NCBI GenBank assembly: GCA_030265395.1
Contig: JARFYF010000104.1
Span: 78,642,648 to 78,706,647, forward strand
Direction: 5' to 3'
DNA from: Rhina ancylostomus
Lineage: Eukaryota
Length of the DNA stretch: 64,000 bases
Shown here: positions 1 through 13,140 of the stretch, piece after piece
Position numbering within the stretch: the first letter of the stretch is position 1
Layout of the letters: each line of letters opens with the position of its first letter
The notes under the pieces: model-generated
The model's input: the letters and a program-made list of their open reading frames with translations, nothing else
Databases searched by the model: none
Told to the model about the DNA's origin: nothing
Program-made: the position numbers and the translations under genes

Positions 1-60
1 ATGAATGGTATGCAAGACAAATTTTTCACTGTACCTCGGTACATATGACAATAATGAATG
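1..60 (+). mobile_element. 3' tail of Rex1/Babar-type LINE
   Basis: tgcaagacaa..tttcactgtacctcggtacatatgacaataat matches the reverse complement of the tails at 28707-28760 and 51955-52030, which adjoin Rex1-type ORF2 C-termini. Confidence 0.7.
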
Positions 61-1829
61 AATTTAATTTACCAATTTACCTTATTTACGTGTACCAATA
101 TTTTGCACATCATTCTTATTGGTGCTTTACAGTTATTTGGCTTTTTAAAAGTGTCAGAAATTAAGTTTACCTAACCCACAATATCTATTTCAATTTAATC
201 CTATTTGTATGCCAATTATGAAGTCATATATTGTTCATTTTCTGTCCCTCTTTGTGACATTCTACACAGTTATATCAACATTTATCTGGAGTTGTTATAT
301 CCATTACAAAAAAAAGGATATGTCCAGTTCTTTTGAAAATTTCCTGAATTGCCTCTGCAGATTGAACTTCGGCTTTAGTTTGGTGTTACAATTAAATTTA
401 ATCAATTCTGTCATTTTGAAATCATCAGTAGAAATTGTAGGGGTCTGAGGCAAACCAGAAGGAATTCCCCTCATTTCAACATTAATCCTCTGAAAAGCAC
501 ACAATGCTTCCTTATGTCTCAGTCAGGATTATTTTAGGAATGCTACAATTTATTAAAATGCTTCTTGTCACATGAAAAAAGTGTCTGGATTGGTATCCAG
601 TTAACCCCAGCTGAAAAGTATGAAAGTCAAGTGAGAGCCCAGCCATGTTGACCTCTATTAGGGCATAGGAAAGAGAATAGGAATTACCATCTACAAGAAA
701 TCAGGGAAAGAAGAAAATTGATTAAGGAAGTTAACTAGATAAAAGGCACTCTGTGATGACCTCATTCAGTACTTGCCTCATAAAGACTGCAGACCAAATC
801 AAACATTCATTAATAATTTAGGAGTCATCAGTTGTTCAATCTAAAGCAAGACTAAAGCAAGAATGAAACAATGAATAATACTTGAGATATTAGTGTCTTG
901 AACTTGTTCATTCACTTGTGGGGAAAACTAACCTAGGGGTTTACAAGAATTACCTCAATGCCCGTCAGTGCATTTATTTCATGTCTGAAAGGATTTTTAT
1001 CATTTCTAAAATGCTGAAAACATGCAGACATACATTTGACAATAAGTGTTCTGTGGTGAATGACAGTTTAAGGGTTAAGTACAATGCAACATATATTCAT
1101 ACAGCCGTTTTAAAGCAGAAAAATGTCTTAAGGCACTTTATAGAGCTATAATCAAATTAACCAATGAAGGAGCTATTATGAGGGATGACAAAGTGCTTAG
1201 TCAAGGATTTAGGTTCAAGGGAGGCTCTTATACAACAAATACGGCAATCACAGGAAGGTTTGCAGAGGATTAGTGATGTGGGCACCCTGGCAACATTGCC
1301 TCCTACATGATATACTTGACATTTTTTCCACAGGGACAACAGTGCAAATAGGCAATATACTCCAACATAAAAGTGATATTCATTGTGAAGGTTCACATAT
1401 CATAACATTATCCATGGCAGAGATGAAACCATTTGATTAGCTTGGGAGGAATAGACTTCATTTGGATTATGTGAAATATGTATTTCTCGCAGCTGTTGCT
1501 ACATTGTAAAGAATCTTTTCATTACATTAACACTGGCCCTTCATTTACTTGCACAATAGGCTCCAAAGCAGGCTGGGAGGAGGGTGCATTTTGAGACCAT
1601 TTTAAAACCAATTATCTAACTTGACATTTTGTGGATGTACATCTGGAGAAGGAGCCTACAAAACTGTTATTGCACCCTATGTTTCTTTATTGTTGACAGA
1701 TAAAAAAACTGCCCATGCAGGGCACCATGAGCATTGAATGGTCTAATTAAATTGCCAACAATGACATATTAAGACAAGCAGTCATACTAAATATGGAAGT
1801 TACACTGGAATGGAGGCAAATGATCTCAG

Positions 1830-1910
1830 TCAGCGACATCATGCAGATGGACAAGGATCGACTGTGTAAGAGAGTTATGTTCAGCGACTTTGTAAAGGCG
1901 TATTAGGAAG
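1830..1910 (+). mobile_element. Possible decayed RTE-clade LINE C-terminal fragment
   Basis: Translates to DIMQMDKDRLCKRVMFSDF, resembling the RTE motif GHVxRMxDxRLPKxxLYSEL. Short and degenerate. Confidence 0.3.
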
Positions 1911-2034
1911 ATTGCTGGCATGAACCCCATGATTAAGAATGCTTGAAGTGGCAGGTGCAGTTGACTGGATATGAACTAGTTGCTTATGGCCCATATGGGC
2001 TACCTTGGCATTCAGTTATTTATGAAATGTTCAT

Positions 2035-2960
2035 GATCTGGCTATTGCTAGTAAGGCCAGCATTTATTGCCCAGCCTTGACAAGATGGTGATGAACTGCT
2101 GCTGTCCTTCTGGTGAAGTGCTGTTGGGAAGGGAATTTGAGGATATTGATCGAGTAATGATGAGGAATGATGATATATTTCCAAGTCAGTATGGTATGTG
2201 ATTTGGAGGGAAACTGTAGGTAATGGCATCTCCATGAACCTCCTATCCCTCTTCTTCATGGTTTTAGAGGTTATATGTTTGAGAAGTTCTGTCAGAGTAG
2301 CCAAGGCAAATAACTGCAAAGCATTTTGTTGCAGGTATGCACTGTGCCAGTAGTGCAGGGAATGTATGCTTAGGGTGGTAGGTTCAGGATCCACCAAGGG
2401 GGTTGATATGTCCTGGATGGCGTTGAGCTTAGAGTCATAGCGTCTTCTTGAGAGTTGCTGGTGCTGCACTCACTCAGTGGAGAGTATTGTATCATATGTA
2501 CAATTAATGACTTGTAGATTGTGTAAAGGCTCTGAGGTATTAGGGGATGAGTTACTTATTGCAGAAAACCCAGCCCCTGGCCTGCTTTTGCAGCCTCGAT
2601 ATTTAGATGACTACTTCATAGTCGGTGGTGTACCCTGGGATATCGATGGTGGAGGCTTAGTGCTGGCAATACCAATGTATTCAAGAGTAGCCAGTGAGAC
2701 TCTGTCTTGTTGGAGATGTTCATTGCCTGGCCCTTCTATAACATGAACATTATGTTACTTGCCACTTGCCTGTGACAGAACACAAGTATAGACTGGTTCA
2801 CTTGCTGAGCAGTTGCAAACGAAATCGACCATTGCACATTCATCGACAAGCTTCCACACTTCTGAACCTATCATGGAAGGAAGGTCATTGATGAAGTGTC
2901 TGAAGATGCTTGAACCTAGGACACTGTCTTGCTGCCCTGAGGCAACAATGAAAGAACCAG
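2035..2960 (-). mobile_element. CR1/L2-group LINE (family B), decayed 3' part of ORF2 and 3' UTR
   Basis: Minus ORF 2755-2973 QDSVLGSSIFRHFINDLPSMIGSEVWKLVDEC is a degenerate RT PQGSVLGP..F.NDL..FADD. The tail ggccagcatttattgccc is shared with 5200-5220, 11460-11500 and 63855-63900. Confidence 0.85.
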
Positions 2961-3676
2961 AATGAGCAACCAAACTTCACAGTACTCCCTTGACTGACAG
3001 TAGGAGTGAATATAGACACCAAACATTTGTTTGGCATTGTGGAAGTTAATAGTCACTCTCAAAAACAATTAATACAATCATTATTATTGTAAAAATATTG
3101 NNNNNNNNNNNNNNNNNNNNNNNNNNNNNNNNNNNNNNNNNNNNNNNNNNNNNNNNNNNNNNNNNNNNNNNNNNNNNNNNNNNNNNNNNNNNNNNNNNNN
3201 NNNNNNNNNNNNNNNNNNNNNNNNNNNNNNNNNNNNNNNNNNNNNNNNNNNNNNNNNNNNNNNNNNNNNNNNNNNNNNNNNNNNNNNNNNNNNNNNNNNN
3301 NNNNNNNNNNNNNNNNNNNNNNNNNNNNNNNNNNNNNNNNNNNNNNNNNNNNNNNNNNNNNNNNNNNNNNNNNNNNNNNNNNNNNNNNNNNNNNNNNNNN
3401 NNNNNNNNNNNNNNNNNNNNNNNNNNNNNNNNNNNNNNNNNNNNNNNNNNNNNNNNNNNNNNNNNNNNNNNNNNNNNNNNNNNNNNNNNNNNNNNNNNNN
3501 NNNNNNNNNNNNNNNNNNNNNNNNNNNNNNNNNNNNNNNNNNNNNNNNNNNNNNNNNNNNNNNNNNNNNNNNNNNNNNNNNNNNNNNNNNNNNNNNNNNN
3601 NNNNNNNNNNNNNNNNNNNNNNNNNNNNNNNNNNNNNNNNNNNNNNNNNNNNNNNNNNNNNNNNNNNNNNNNNNNT

Positions 3677-4165
3677 ATGTCACCAAAGACTCTTGCAAAT
3701 TTCTACAGATATACAGTGGAGAGCATTCTGACTGGTTGCATCACCACCTGGTCTGGAGGCTCCAATGCGCAGGATCAAAAGAGCCTGCAGCGGACTGTAG
3801 ACTCAACCAGCGCCATCGTGGCCACGACCCTCCCCGCCATCGAGGACATCTTCAAGATGTAGTGCCTCAAGAAGGCGGCATCCATCACTAAGGACCCTCC
3901 CCACCCAGGACATACCCTCTTCACATTACTACCATCGAGGAGAAGGTACAGGAGCCTGAAGACCCACACTCAATATTTCAGGAACAGCTTCTTCCCCTCC
4001 ACCATCAGATCTGAATGGTCTATGAACCCACGAATAATGCCTCATTATTCCTCTTTTGCACCATTTATTTATTTTTGTAACTTATAGTAATTTTTATGCC
4101 TTGCACTCTACTGCTGCTGCAGAACAACAAATTTCACAACATATGTCAGTGATAATAAACATTCT
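3677..4165 (+). mobile_element. Rex1/Babar-type LINE, ORF2 C-terminus and 3' UTR (5' end in gap)
   Basis: MSPKTLANFYRYTVESILTGCITTWSGGSNAQDQKSLQRTV..KKAASITKDPPHPGHTLFTLLPSRRRYRSLKT is the Rex1 RT C-terminal (DUF1891-like) region. Ends in gtgataataaacattctga. Confidence 0.9.
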
Positions 4166-5230
4166 GATGGATGTGGTTGCCAGAGGTCAATCATCCCAGT
4201 TCCAGGACATCTCTGCAGAAGTTCCTCAGGGCAGTTTACTAGGCCCGACCATCTTCAGCTGCTTCATCATTGACCTTTCTTCCATCAGAGGTGGGATGCT
4301 TGCTGATGATCGCACTACGTTCAGTTCCTTTCATGACCCCTCAAGAAATGAAGCAGCCCCTGCTTATGTGCAGCCTGACCTAACATTCAGTCATGGAGAG
4401 ATAAGTGGCAATAACATTTGCGCCACAAATGTACCAGGCAAAGCCCAGCTCCATAACAGAGAATCTAACCACCTGCCCTCAACGTTCAATGGCATTACCA
4501 TCACCAAGTTCCCCACCATTAATATCCTGGGGTCACCATTGATCAGAGACTCTCCTGGATCAGTCATATAAATACCATCATTACAAGAGCAGTTCAGAGG
4601 CTAGGTATGCTGCGCAGAGTGACTTATCTTCTGACACCCCTAGACTTTCCCGCCATCTGCATGACACAAGTCAAGAGCTGATGGAATACTCTTCATTGGC
4701 CTGGATGAGGGCAACTCCACAATTCTCCAGAAGTTTGTCACCATCCAGGACAAAGCAGTTTGCTTAACTGGGACACCATTCACCACACGAGACATTCAAT
4801 ACTTCAATCACTGGTGTACGGTGGCTACAGTGTGTACTCAGCCTATGAGCTCAGCCTATACCAACAGCACCTCCCAACCTGTACCAACAAGAAGCACAAA
4901 GGCATAATGCATGGGAACACCACCACTGGCAGGTTTTTCCTTCAAACTGAACACTATCCTGACATGGAAAGATATTGCTGGTCATTCATCGTCACCGGGA
5001 ACACCACCACCTGTCAGCTCCCCTCCAAGTTACACACCATTCTGATTTGGAAGGATATTGCCGATCCTTCATTGTTACTGGATCTAAATCCTGGAACTCC
5101 CATCCCAAGAACACTGTGGGAATATCTTCACCAGAAAGACTGCAGTGATTCAAGAAGCTAGGTCATCGCTACCATCTCGAGGGCAATCAGGGAATGGTAA
5201 TAAATGCTGGTCTTGCCATTGGCACCAAGA
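4166..5230 (+). mobile_element. CR1/L2-group LINE (family B), RT 3' half and 3' UTR
   Basis: SAEVPQGSLLGPTIFSCFIIDL..GMLADDRT..PSTFNGITITKFPTINILG. The 3' end is gagggcaatcagggaatggtaataaatgctgg. Confidence 0.9.
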
Positions 5231-5489
5231 TCCTGAAAGTGGATATAAAATAGAATCTGGAATAAAATTCACAAATGGAAGAAATCATAAAACTGGTTTG
5301 ATTTGCATATTTAAAATTCCAGTTTGTAGTTTGAAAGACAAGTCCCCACACTACATGAAAATGTTCCAAGCGCAATGTTGGACTTTACAGGAACTTCCCT
5401 CTCAGGCCATTGCTCAAAATGTTACGGAATCACAGCCATATTTATGAAGAGGTGGAAGGGTTGCTATTGGGATATTTGGGTATGGGATC

Positions 5490-5757
5490 TTTGGAGGTGG
5501 GGAACCTGCAGGTGGTGTGGTTCCCCTCTACCACAGGAGAGGGAGGGGTGGGGTCAGGGGAGGAAGCCCCTCAAATATTGTAAATATGGGATTGGGGTAT
5601 CCCCCTAGGGAGCCACACGAGTGGCATCGGTGCTGTGTCTTTATATATAAGAAGTAACACTAAGAACGAACTGTACACGAATGTAAAGGTTTGAACTGTT
5701 TTATTATTGTATATAGTTTCTCTTATTATGAATAAAGTATATTTTGATTTTAAAAAA
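5490..5757 (+). mobile_element. Probable 5'-truncated L1/Tx1-type 3' UTR
   Basis: G-rich segment, then T-rich segment ending tatgaataaagtatattttgattttaaaaaa (AATAAA plus short A tail). No protein motif seen. Confidence 0.35.
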
Positions 5758-7691
5758 TCAGTGCTTTACCATTGGACCTAATGGTGAGTTCAGCAACAGA
5801 AGTTTCTCCAGCTCTCCTAGGCCTTGGTGTTTGATCGGGCATGCATGGAAGTCAAAGAGGTACTGAGCAATAAGCAGGAGACAGACTATGATTCATTTTG
5901 GGATGAGCTGACTGCATGAGAGGGATTTCTGTTTGGATTGCTTCATGTTTCTTTGCTGATGCTTTATTTCCAATTGACTCAAAGTAAAATGCTCTCTTTA
6001 GATCAGCAAATAACATTTTAAACATGAGTTAGATATATTTGTATCTGAGGTTATTAATCTACATAATGTGCAAAATTGTATAACTTCCTGAATGGTTCTT
6101 TACAAAAAGCAATATAATTCTGACAGTCTCACAAGTAAAAGGAGCTGTTATGTGAACAATCTGTATTAATGCTGAATGATTGACATGACAGTTCTGTTAC
6201 AGTGGGATACTAAAACTTCAATTGAATAAAGTTATTCTCCACTTCCAAATAAAACTTCTTTAAAAAAAAAGCTCATTAAGCACATGTTACTCCAGATAAA
6301 ATGTTTGACTTCAGAATGTTTTTCAAGGGAGGAGCAATAGCAATTTGGAATTCTAAATTGTCATGTCAGAATGGTGAGAGCCAGTTTCTTGTATATAATC
6401 CTCCTGTGGTCATTTTCCAATTTCTGTCCTACTGTTGTGAGGAACCATAGATATAGTGGATGCCAGACACTTCTCATATAGAAGAAGCTAAACCAGCCAC
6501 CGAAGCACACTGACTAGCAGATAGATATTTATTAACTGTCGGTGCTAGAAACCTGGGAAATAGTGAATGACATAGTGAAATCAAAAGAAAAAGAGAGCAA
6601 ATATAACAACATAACTTACTTTCTCTTTTTTTTGGAAGCATAAGAATAATAAAATACACTACACACAATTTAATGATAGTCCAATAGATAAGCATTATCT
6701 GTGCAATGATATAATTTGGAAATTTGTTGATAAAGAATTTCCAGACTGTGTGATCTTCATGTTTGGTTTTGCATTAAGTTTTGAAACATTGCTGTCAAAT
6801 ACAACCAGTTCAGAAATTCTGTACTCTTTTATGTATTCAGGAAAGAGCAGGGAGTAATCGTAGCAAACTGTTGAAACACTAATTTGTTCACTGAGGTATG
6901 TGTCAGCCATCACAATGTCACCCTCTGGGATAAAACTGTGTCTGGAGAAGGGACTTGGGTATTAAGAAGGGGACAGGAAGAATACATATTTTGTCGCTTT
7001 TCTTTTAAGTAAAACACATGGGTCTAGAAATTCAATTGTATAGTCTGTGGTTTGTATGCCCTACAGAATTGCATTGTACCGTAAAATCAATTGCTGAATG
7101 AGATTGAGACTTTATAGCATGTATAGTACATGTTGAAGCTTTAGATTGTACAAGTCTATGTACATGCTGAGCCAATAGATAAAGGTGTCTGGGCCTGCAG
7201 CCATGGTGTCAAATATCATGCAACACACCTTTGACATTGTTGTTGCTACATTGGACTGCATATACACTAGAAAGAAACTGCATGGGCCACAAGCTGATAA
7301 AACAGGCCCACTCATTTGTGACTTGATAGTATACATCTTACTTACATTCCTATTGGAGAATCCATTACAATAGACATTGTGATAGGGTTAATCCATTGAC
7401 AAAAATGGACTATATTTCTGACCATTGTTAAAATGAGGTATTCTATTTATTTTGCAGGACCTATGAGAATGCTAATTCTCTTTCTGGGTAACAGCCTCTG
7501 CACCACGATTAATGCACCAATAATTCCTTGGCATGCTCCATATCAATTCATCCTTAAAAATGTCCAACCTGAAATTTACACAGAGTTAATGTGCATAACA
7601 GAGCACAATATATCAAATCATGATGTTTGTCACAAAACAGCTTGCAAGGTTGGTGCAATGGAAATTATTACTCAGTGGAACAGAACAACTG

Positions 7692-8005
7692 CATAGCACA
7701 GTGGTGCAGCAGTCTATACTGTTGTCTCATGGCTCCAGGAATTTGGGCTCAATCCTGACCTCAGGTACCATCTGTGCAGAATGTTCATTTTCTCTCTATT
7801 GCCATGTGGCTTTGTCCGAATGCTCCAGTTTACTCCCACATCCCAAAGAGATGCTGGTAGGTTAAGTGTTTACTGTAATTGACCCCTTAGTGAGGTTTAA
7901 TAGCAAGAAGAATCAAAATTGAGGAGCAGATATGAGAGAGAATAAGTGTGGGATACAAAGAAATAAGGAGAGGAGGAATGGATTCAAAGGGCAAAGTGGC
8001 CCCTC
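7692..8005 (+). mobile_element. Old tRNA-derived V-SINE (HE1-like)
   Basis: A-box-like gcacagtggtgcagcag, B-box-like gggctcaatcc, V-domain tgctccagtttactcccacatcccaaaga, CR1-like tail aagggcaaagtggcc. Confidence 0.75.
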
Positions 8006-8379
8006 ATGAGGAATCCACTGATTGCAGTGCAGGTGTCCAAGGGTTGTTGCTCTGCAGAGCAGAATCATCTTTACACACTAGAGAATAGCCCATTTACAAG
8101 TTTACATGCTGCCCGATCTGAGTAGATCTCAGACAATTTACCCCTCCGTAATCCTTATAAAACATAAAATTGGTGAAAGTACCTGTTATGGAAAACATAC
8201 GTTCTGATAGTCATTTTGAACTACATTTGGTAAACTATTCCCTTTTGTTTTATAAAACTGATCCAAATTAACTTCAGAGCGACCAAATTTTGGAAGCGAA
8301 ATCCAATGCGTGGATGTCTCGAGATCGCATATTTTGTACAAGAATCAGGCATCAATTTCCATCCTGCTATTTTTTAATT

Positions 8380-8575
8380 GCAGGTTAAATCAAGGCCATA
8401 TCTACCCTCCAAGTGTATGTAAAAGATCAACTGGCCAATATATAACCTTAAACAAACACCATCAAAACAGCCTGTAGGTACAAATTGGCCTTTGCATTTT
8501 CCTACAACACATCAATGAGTTTATTGGGATAGGGACAGAGGGGGACATAGGACAGGAAATGCAGTTCATATTTAT
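8380..8575 (+). mobile_element. Deu-domain SINE (SacSINE1/AmnSINE1-related), decayed
   Basis: gttaaatcaaggcc..atgtaaaagatc..ctggccaatatataacctta..caaattggc..tttcctaca resembles the Deu core. Related copies at 25950-26235 and 29260-29910. Confidence 0.6.
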
Positions 8576-8789
8576 CTATGAAAATATGATCTTTTCTTTC
8601 TATAAAGTTAATCTCTGCCATATTTTAAGCCATCTGCATAATTGGTTAAAGTTTCTCTGAAAATAGTCAATCTCTATGTTACTCACTTAATGAACTTCCA
8701 GAACTTGAGTTTGAAGCACTATTGTAATTGTGCTCCATATCAATAATGAATATTGTAGATAGCAGGGTTCCTGGAACAGACATACAAAG

Positions 8790-8880
8790 GTCCTGATGTC
8801 TTGACCCAAAATGTCGACTGTCCATTTCCCTCAGCAGTTATTGCCTGACCTGCTGAGTTCCTCCATCAGTTTGTTTTTTC
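8790..8880 (+). mobile_element. Penelope-derived short repeat with broken hammerhead core
   Basis: gtcCTGATG[deletion]tcttgacccAAAATGTCgactg..cctgacctgctgagttcctcca, same family as 42452 and 44665. Confidence 0.7.
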
Positions 8881-11439
8881 ACATAGAACTCCAGCAGTTA
8901 ATTTTACCCAAGTGAAGCACTGTGTGTTTATTACCACTTTCTGCCTTCCTTTGCCAAACCAATATTCAATGCTGTGTAGACAATTTGTCTGTGGTCTTTT
9001 TCGTGAGCCTTAAAATTCCTTATTATCCTCTGAGAAGAAACTTTCTTCAATGTTTTTGAAAATTCAAGTGAACTATTTCTGCTGTATTAGAACTCTAGTT
9101 TGTTTTTAAGGCATGAACTCCAATGTTGACAACTGCTAATGATACTATGTTGTTCTAGTACAATTAGCATGAATATTCAGGTGGAAAGTATAATGACTGG
9201 TCAAACTGTTTCTGCCAGTTTCTCCCACAAGTCATTCCCCCCAATTTATAATTCCATCAATATTTAAAAACAAAATAATTATTTAAAAAATCTTTTGTTG
9301 AAGTTCTTAAGTGGCGCTTTCTGAAATCTTAACAATTAAAATAAAATTCTGCTGAAGAGTTATGTTTTGGCAGAGCAGTAGAGATCTTTGTAGAGTATGT
9401 CACAAGAAAAAGGGCTACATTGCACGTAATTATGATCTGATTCCCTCATCCACCTGCTCCCTATTCGCAACCATGACTGCTGAACGTAATTCTAGACCAT
9501 GTTAAATGATGAAATATGGTGTATGTCTTGTAAAATGCCAGAGAATATTGGTCTTCAATGAAGTTAATCATTAATAAAGTCAGTAGCTAGGACTATTAGA
9601 AGGTGATTGCATAATTTTCCTAAATGGCACAGGCAGTTCCTGAATTTTACTTGCAAGCAAAACAAAATGTTGAAAGGTTATACACTATCTCAGAGATCCT
9701 ATTGCTTTCCTAAAATACATTTGTGGGTCAGGAATTTGTTTCTGGCTGTGACATAATTCTTGAGCTATGCTGCAAGTAGTACAGATCTGTTCCCTACGAT
9801 ATATAAAGACCTTAGCTGCATACAGATGCTATGATAGACTTGGGTAAATTGACCTCAGTCTCACATGAACAGAAAAAATGGTCTAGGCATAAGATTCTAA
9901 AGTCAAATTAAGGTAAAAAAGATTTAGTTGATAAAAGCCCAACTTCCCTGATCAAATGGAGGTGTTTTCTCACAGTTTCCGTGGGGGGTTCAATCTTCCT
10001 GTTGTATATAGTGGTTGTCTTGTGTTATAGCCACATATATCACTGTAAGGCCACAGCTGCAGATATACTTTAAAAAAAACACTTCACTCTCCACTGGCAG
10101 TGACTGTAAATTTAATGAGAGCACCTGCTGCCCTTGTGCCTAGATAATTCATACCATGCCACATGTGCTAAAAGAATTTTCAGAGCAGCCCTGTCCTTCA
10201 GTAATAAATTACCAGTCCATTATATAGCCTAAAGGGTCTGTGATTCATGTAATATTACACTTCAGCTAAACACTTTTGACAGTACCCATACAGGTATTTA
10301 AGTAGTCTGGGTTGTTAGAAGAGAAGCAGATTATTAAATAAATCGAGGATAGCAGTTGTCAAGCTTGATGTTGACAGCAGATGGGTCTCTGTCCTTGACC
10401 TAGTGATTCAAAGGCATTCAGCTATCTGAGTTCAGATCCTGTAGCAAATAAAATCTCACATTGCAAAGAAGCAGAATATATAATACACAACTTCACAGAA
10501 AAGATAACAGTGTGGCAAAATGATCTGACAGCACAAGTCCAGCTGCATATTTGATAATAATAAGCTACATTTGATCCACAGGCAAACATGAAATAATTAG
10601 AATATTGACATTACTCATTCTTTCAACTTGCATTTTATTGAGTTTCTATTGCTAGTAACTGCAGGTCATTTGTAACACATTATGCAAATGTAAAAACTAA
10701 TCTGTTGCATAATACATTAGTGTTCAATTTCCTTGTGTTAAGTAATTTATCTAGTAGTGGATTGCACATAAAGAACTCTCAAAACTGATGTTGATTAAGC
10801 CTTTATTAAATCTCACCACAGCTGCAATATTTTTAAGGGATGAAATTAACTTTAGAATGCTTTCATTAAAAATAAAAATAGATAAAGTGAGGTGATTAGA
10901 TGGCTGTTGGTCTTTTCCTAACAAAGCACATGCAGCCTTGGGTCAATTTAATATATATAGACATATCGAAAGAATGACGATCGCTGCTTCAGCTAATTTG
11001 GATTCAAGGCTCTAAGTAAATAGATTACTATAATAATGTGAAAATACAATTTTAAAGGATAAAGTTCTGGATAAATTAAATCACTGTTACTTTATTATTC
11101 TGTTTATGGATTATGAGGCTCAAGTGTCTGAATGTGGACCAGATCACGACAATGGCTTGCTGGTTATCCCGTAGAGAAGCATTGTCTGAGTACAAAGCAC
11201 ATGTGAGTACAATCTAGGCTGTGATTGTGCACTGCAGGGTGGGAATATGGAAGCTTGTCACTAGAAAGGAAAACAGTTTGCTTGTCACTTCATTTTAATT
11301 AAAAGATTTTTTAATCAACGTGGTTTCAAATGAATTTTAATTTTTTTACAGTTCTTTAAATATTTTTCACTTGCTTCTAAATGTGCCTGATAATCAGATT
11401 TAGAAACAGGGGAAGAGACCTTTACTTTTTATTTATTCA

Positions 11440-12470
11440 ATTTTTGTGATCTGTGTATTGCTGGCAAGGCCAACATTTATTATCCAACCCAACTTGCCCT
11501 TCAGAAGGTGGTGGTGAGCAGTCTTCTTGCTTCACTGCAGCCCTTCAGGTGAATGTATTCCTACAAAGTTGTTAACTAAGGAGTTCCAGGATTTAGACCC
11601 AACTCTGATGAAGTACCAGTGATAGATTTCCAGGTCTTGGTGGCATGTGTCTTAGAGGGGAACCATCCACACTTTTTGGTGGTAGATGTCAGAGATTTGG
11701 GAGTTGCTGTTGGAATATAATGGGCAAATAATTGCAGTGTTTTTTATAGTTGATTTGCACTGCAGCCACTGTGCATTGGTGGTGAAAGGAACAGACATTT
11801 AGGGTGGTGGTTAGATGCCAGTCAAACTGATTAATTTGTCCTGGATCATCCTGAGCTTCTTGAGATTATTGGAGGTGCAGTCAACCAGATAAGTGAAGAG
11901 TATTCCATCATGCTCCTAACTTGTTCCTTGTAAATAGTGGAATGTCAAGAGGTGAAGCCACAACAAGATATTTGTCAATTGACCTGTTCTTGTAGCTACT
12001 GTTTTTATGTGGTTGTCCAGTTGAGTATCTAGTCAGTAGTGACCCCCAGAGATTAATGGCCAGCGGATCAGGGATGGCAATGCCAATGAAGTCAAGGGGA
12101 GGTGGTTAGCCCCTCTCTTGGTCATTGCCTGGCACTTTTGTGGCCTCATTGTCACTTGTCACTTATCAGTTCATGCCTAAATATGGTCCAGGTCTTGGTG
12201 CATGCAGGCATGGACTGGTGTATTGCTTGAGGATTGTCCACTGTAATTGAACATTATGCAATCATCAGTGAACATCCCCATGATGGATGGAAGTCATCGA
12301 TGAAGCAGCTGAAGATGGTTGGGCTCAGGAAACTCCAACAGTGATGTCCTAGACCTGGGGTGATTGATCACCAACAACCACAACCATCTCCCTTTGTGTG
12401 AGGTATGACTCCAGCCATTGGAGTGTTTTCTCCTTGGTGTCCATTGACTTCAGTTTTACCTGCCTTGATG
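11440..12470 (-). mobile_element. CR1/L2-group LINE (family B), decayed 3' portion
   Basis: Colinear with 2035-2960: ggccaacatttattatcc..tgcccttcagaaggtggtggtgagc through gtcatcgatgaagcagctgaagatggttgggc. Confidence 0.85.
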
Positions 12471-13014
12471 TCAGAAAGAATTTCTCAGGTTGAGCTGCCA
12501 AAATACTTTCGGGCACTTCAGTGGAGAGGTCTTAGTATACCTTATCTGTGGTCAAGTCACAGTTTACAGCCCACTCTGCACTTAGAATGCCCACAGTAGC
12601 AAGGCTAGCAGGACTTTGGAAGCTACACAAAGGTGAGTCAAACATAAGGTGTGGAATGGGTCCAACTGGTCTGGCCTATTGGGAAGCCCCATCTAAGGTG
12701 TTATGTTTACTCACTGACCATAGCACTTTACGAAGTAAGTTGTGAGTGTGAGGCATATTGAATAACATGGCCTCCTTGTAGAATTAAATTATTTCCATTC
12801 CAAAACTTAGAGCCCATATGCAGATATGAACATATTGCGTTGCAAGGTTCAGACATATGTATTTGTGAGGTAAGATGAAGCAACTGTGCATAAATTATCT
12901 CAATAGTCAAAGTGCTGTCACCTGACTCTGGATATAAAATTTATAACAGGGTGACTTCAATGCTCATCAATGTTGTGATACCACAATGGCCAGGTGATTA
13001 GAAGTAAAAACAGA

Positions 13015-13140
13015 AAGGTCACTGACCTGAAACAATGACTTGGTTTTTCTCTCTCCCCAGACCCTGCCTGACTTGTTAGGTATTTCCAAAACATTGTTTT
13101 CTTTTAGATTTCCTGCATCTGCCACTTCTTGCTTTTCAAC
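13015..13140 (+). mobile_element. Penelope-derived short repeat
   Basis: aaAGGTCactGACCTGAAAC (helix II plus GAAA), followed by the family tail ctgcctgac..atttcctgcatctgc. Confidence 0.65.

Noticed and set aside
3084-3862. Long ORFs of 204 and 254 aa (also those at 17678, 28568, 34464, 41399, 52649, 61961)
   Set aside because: Open only because they run through N-gaps.
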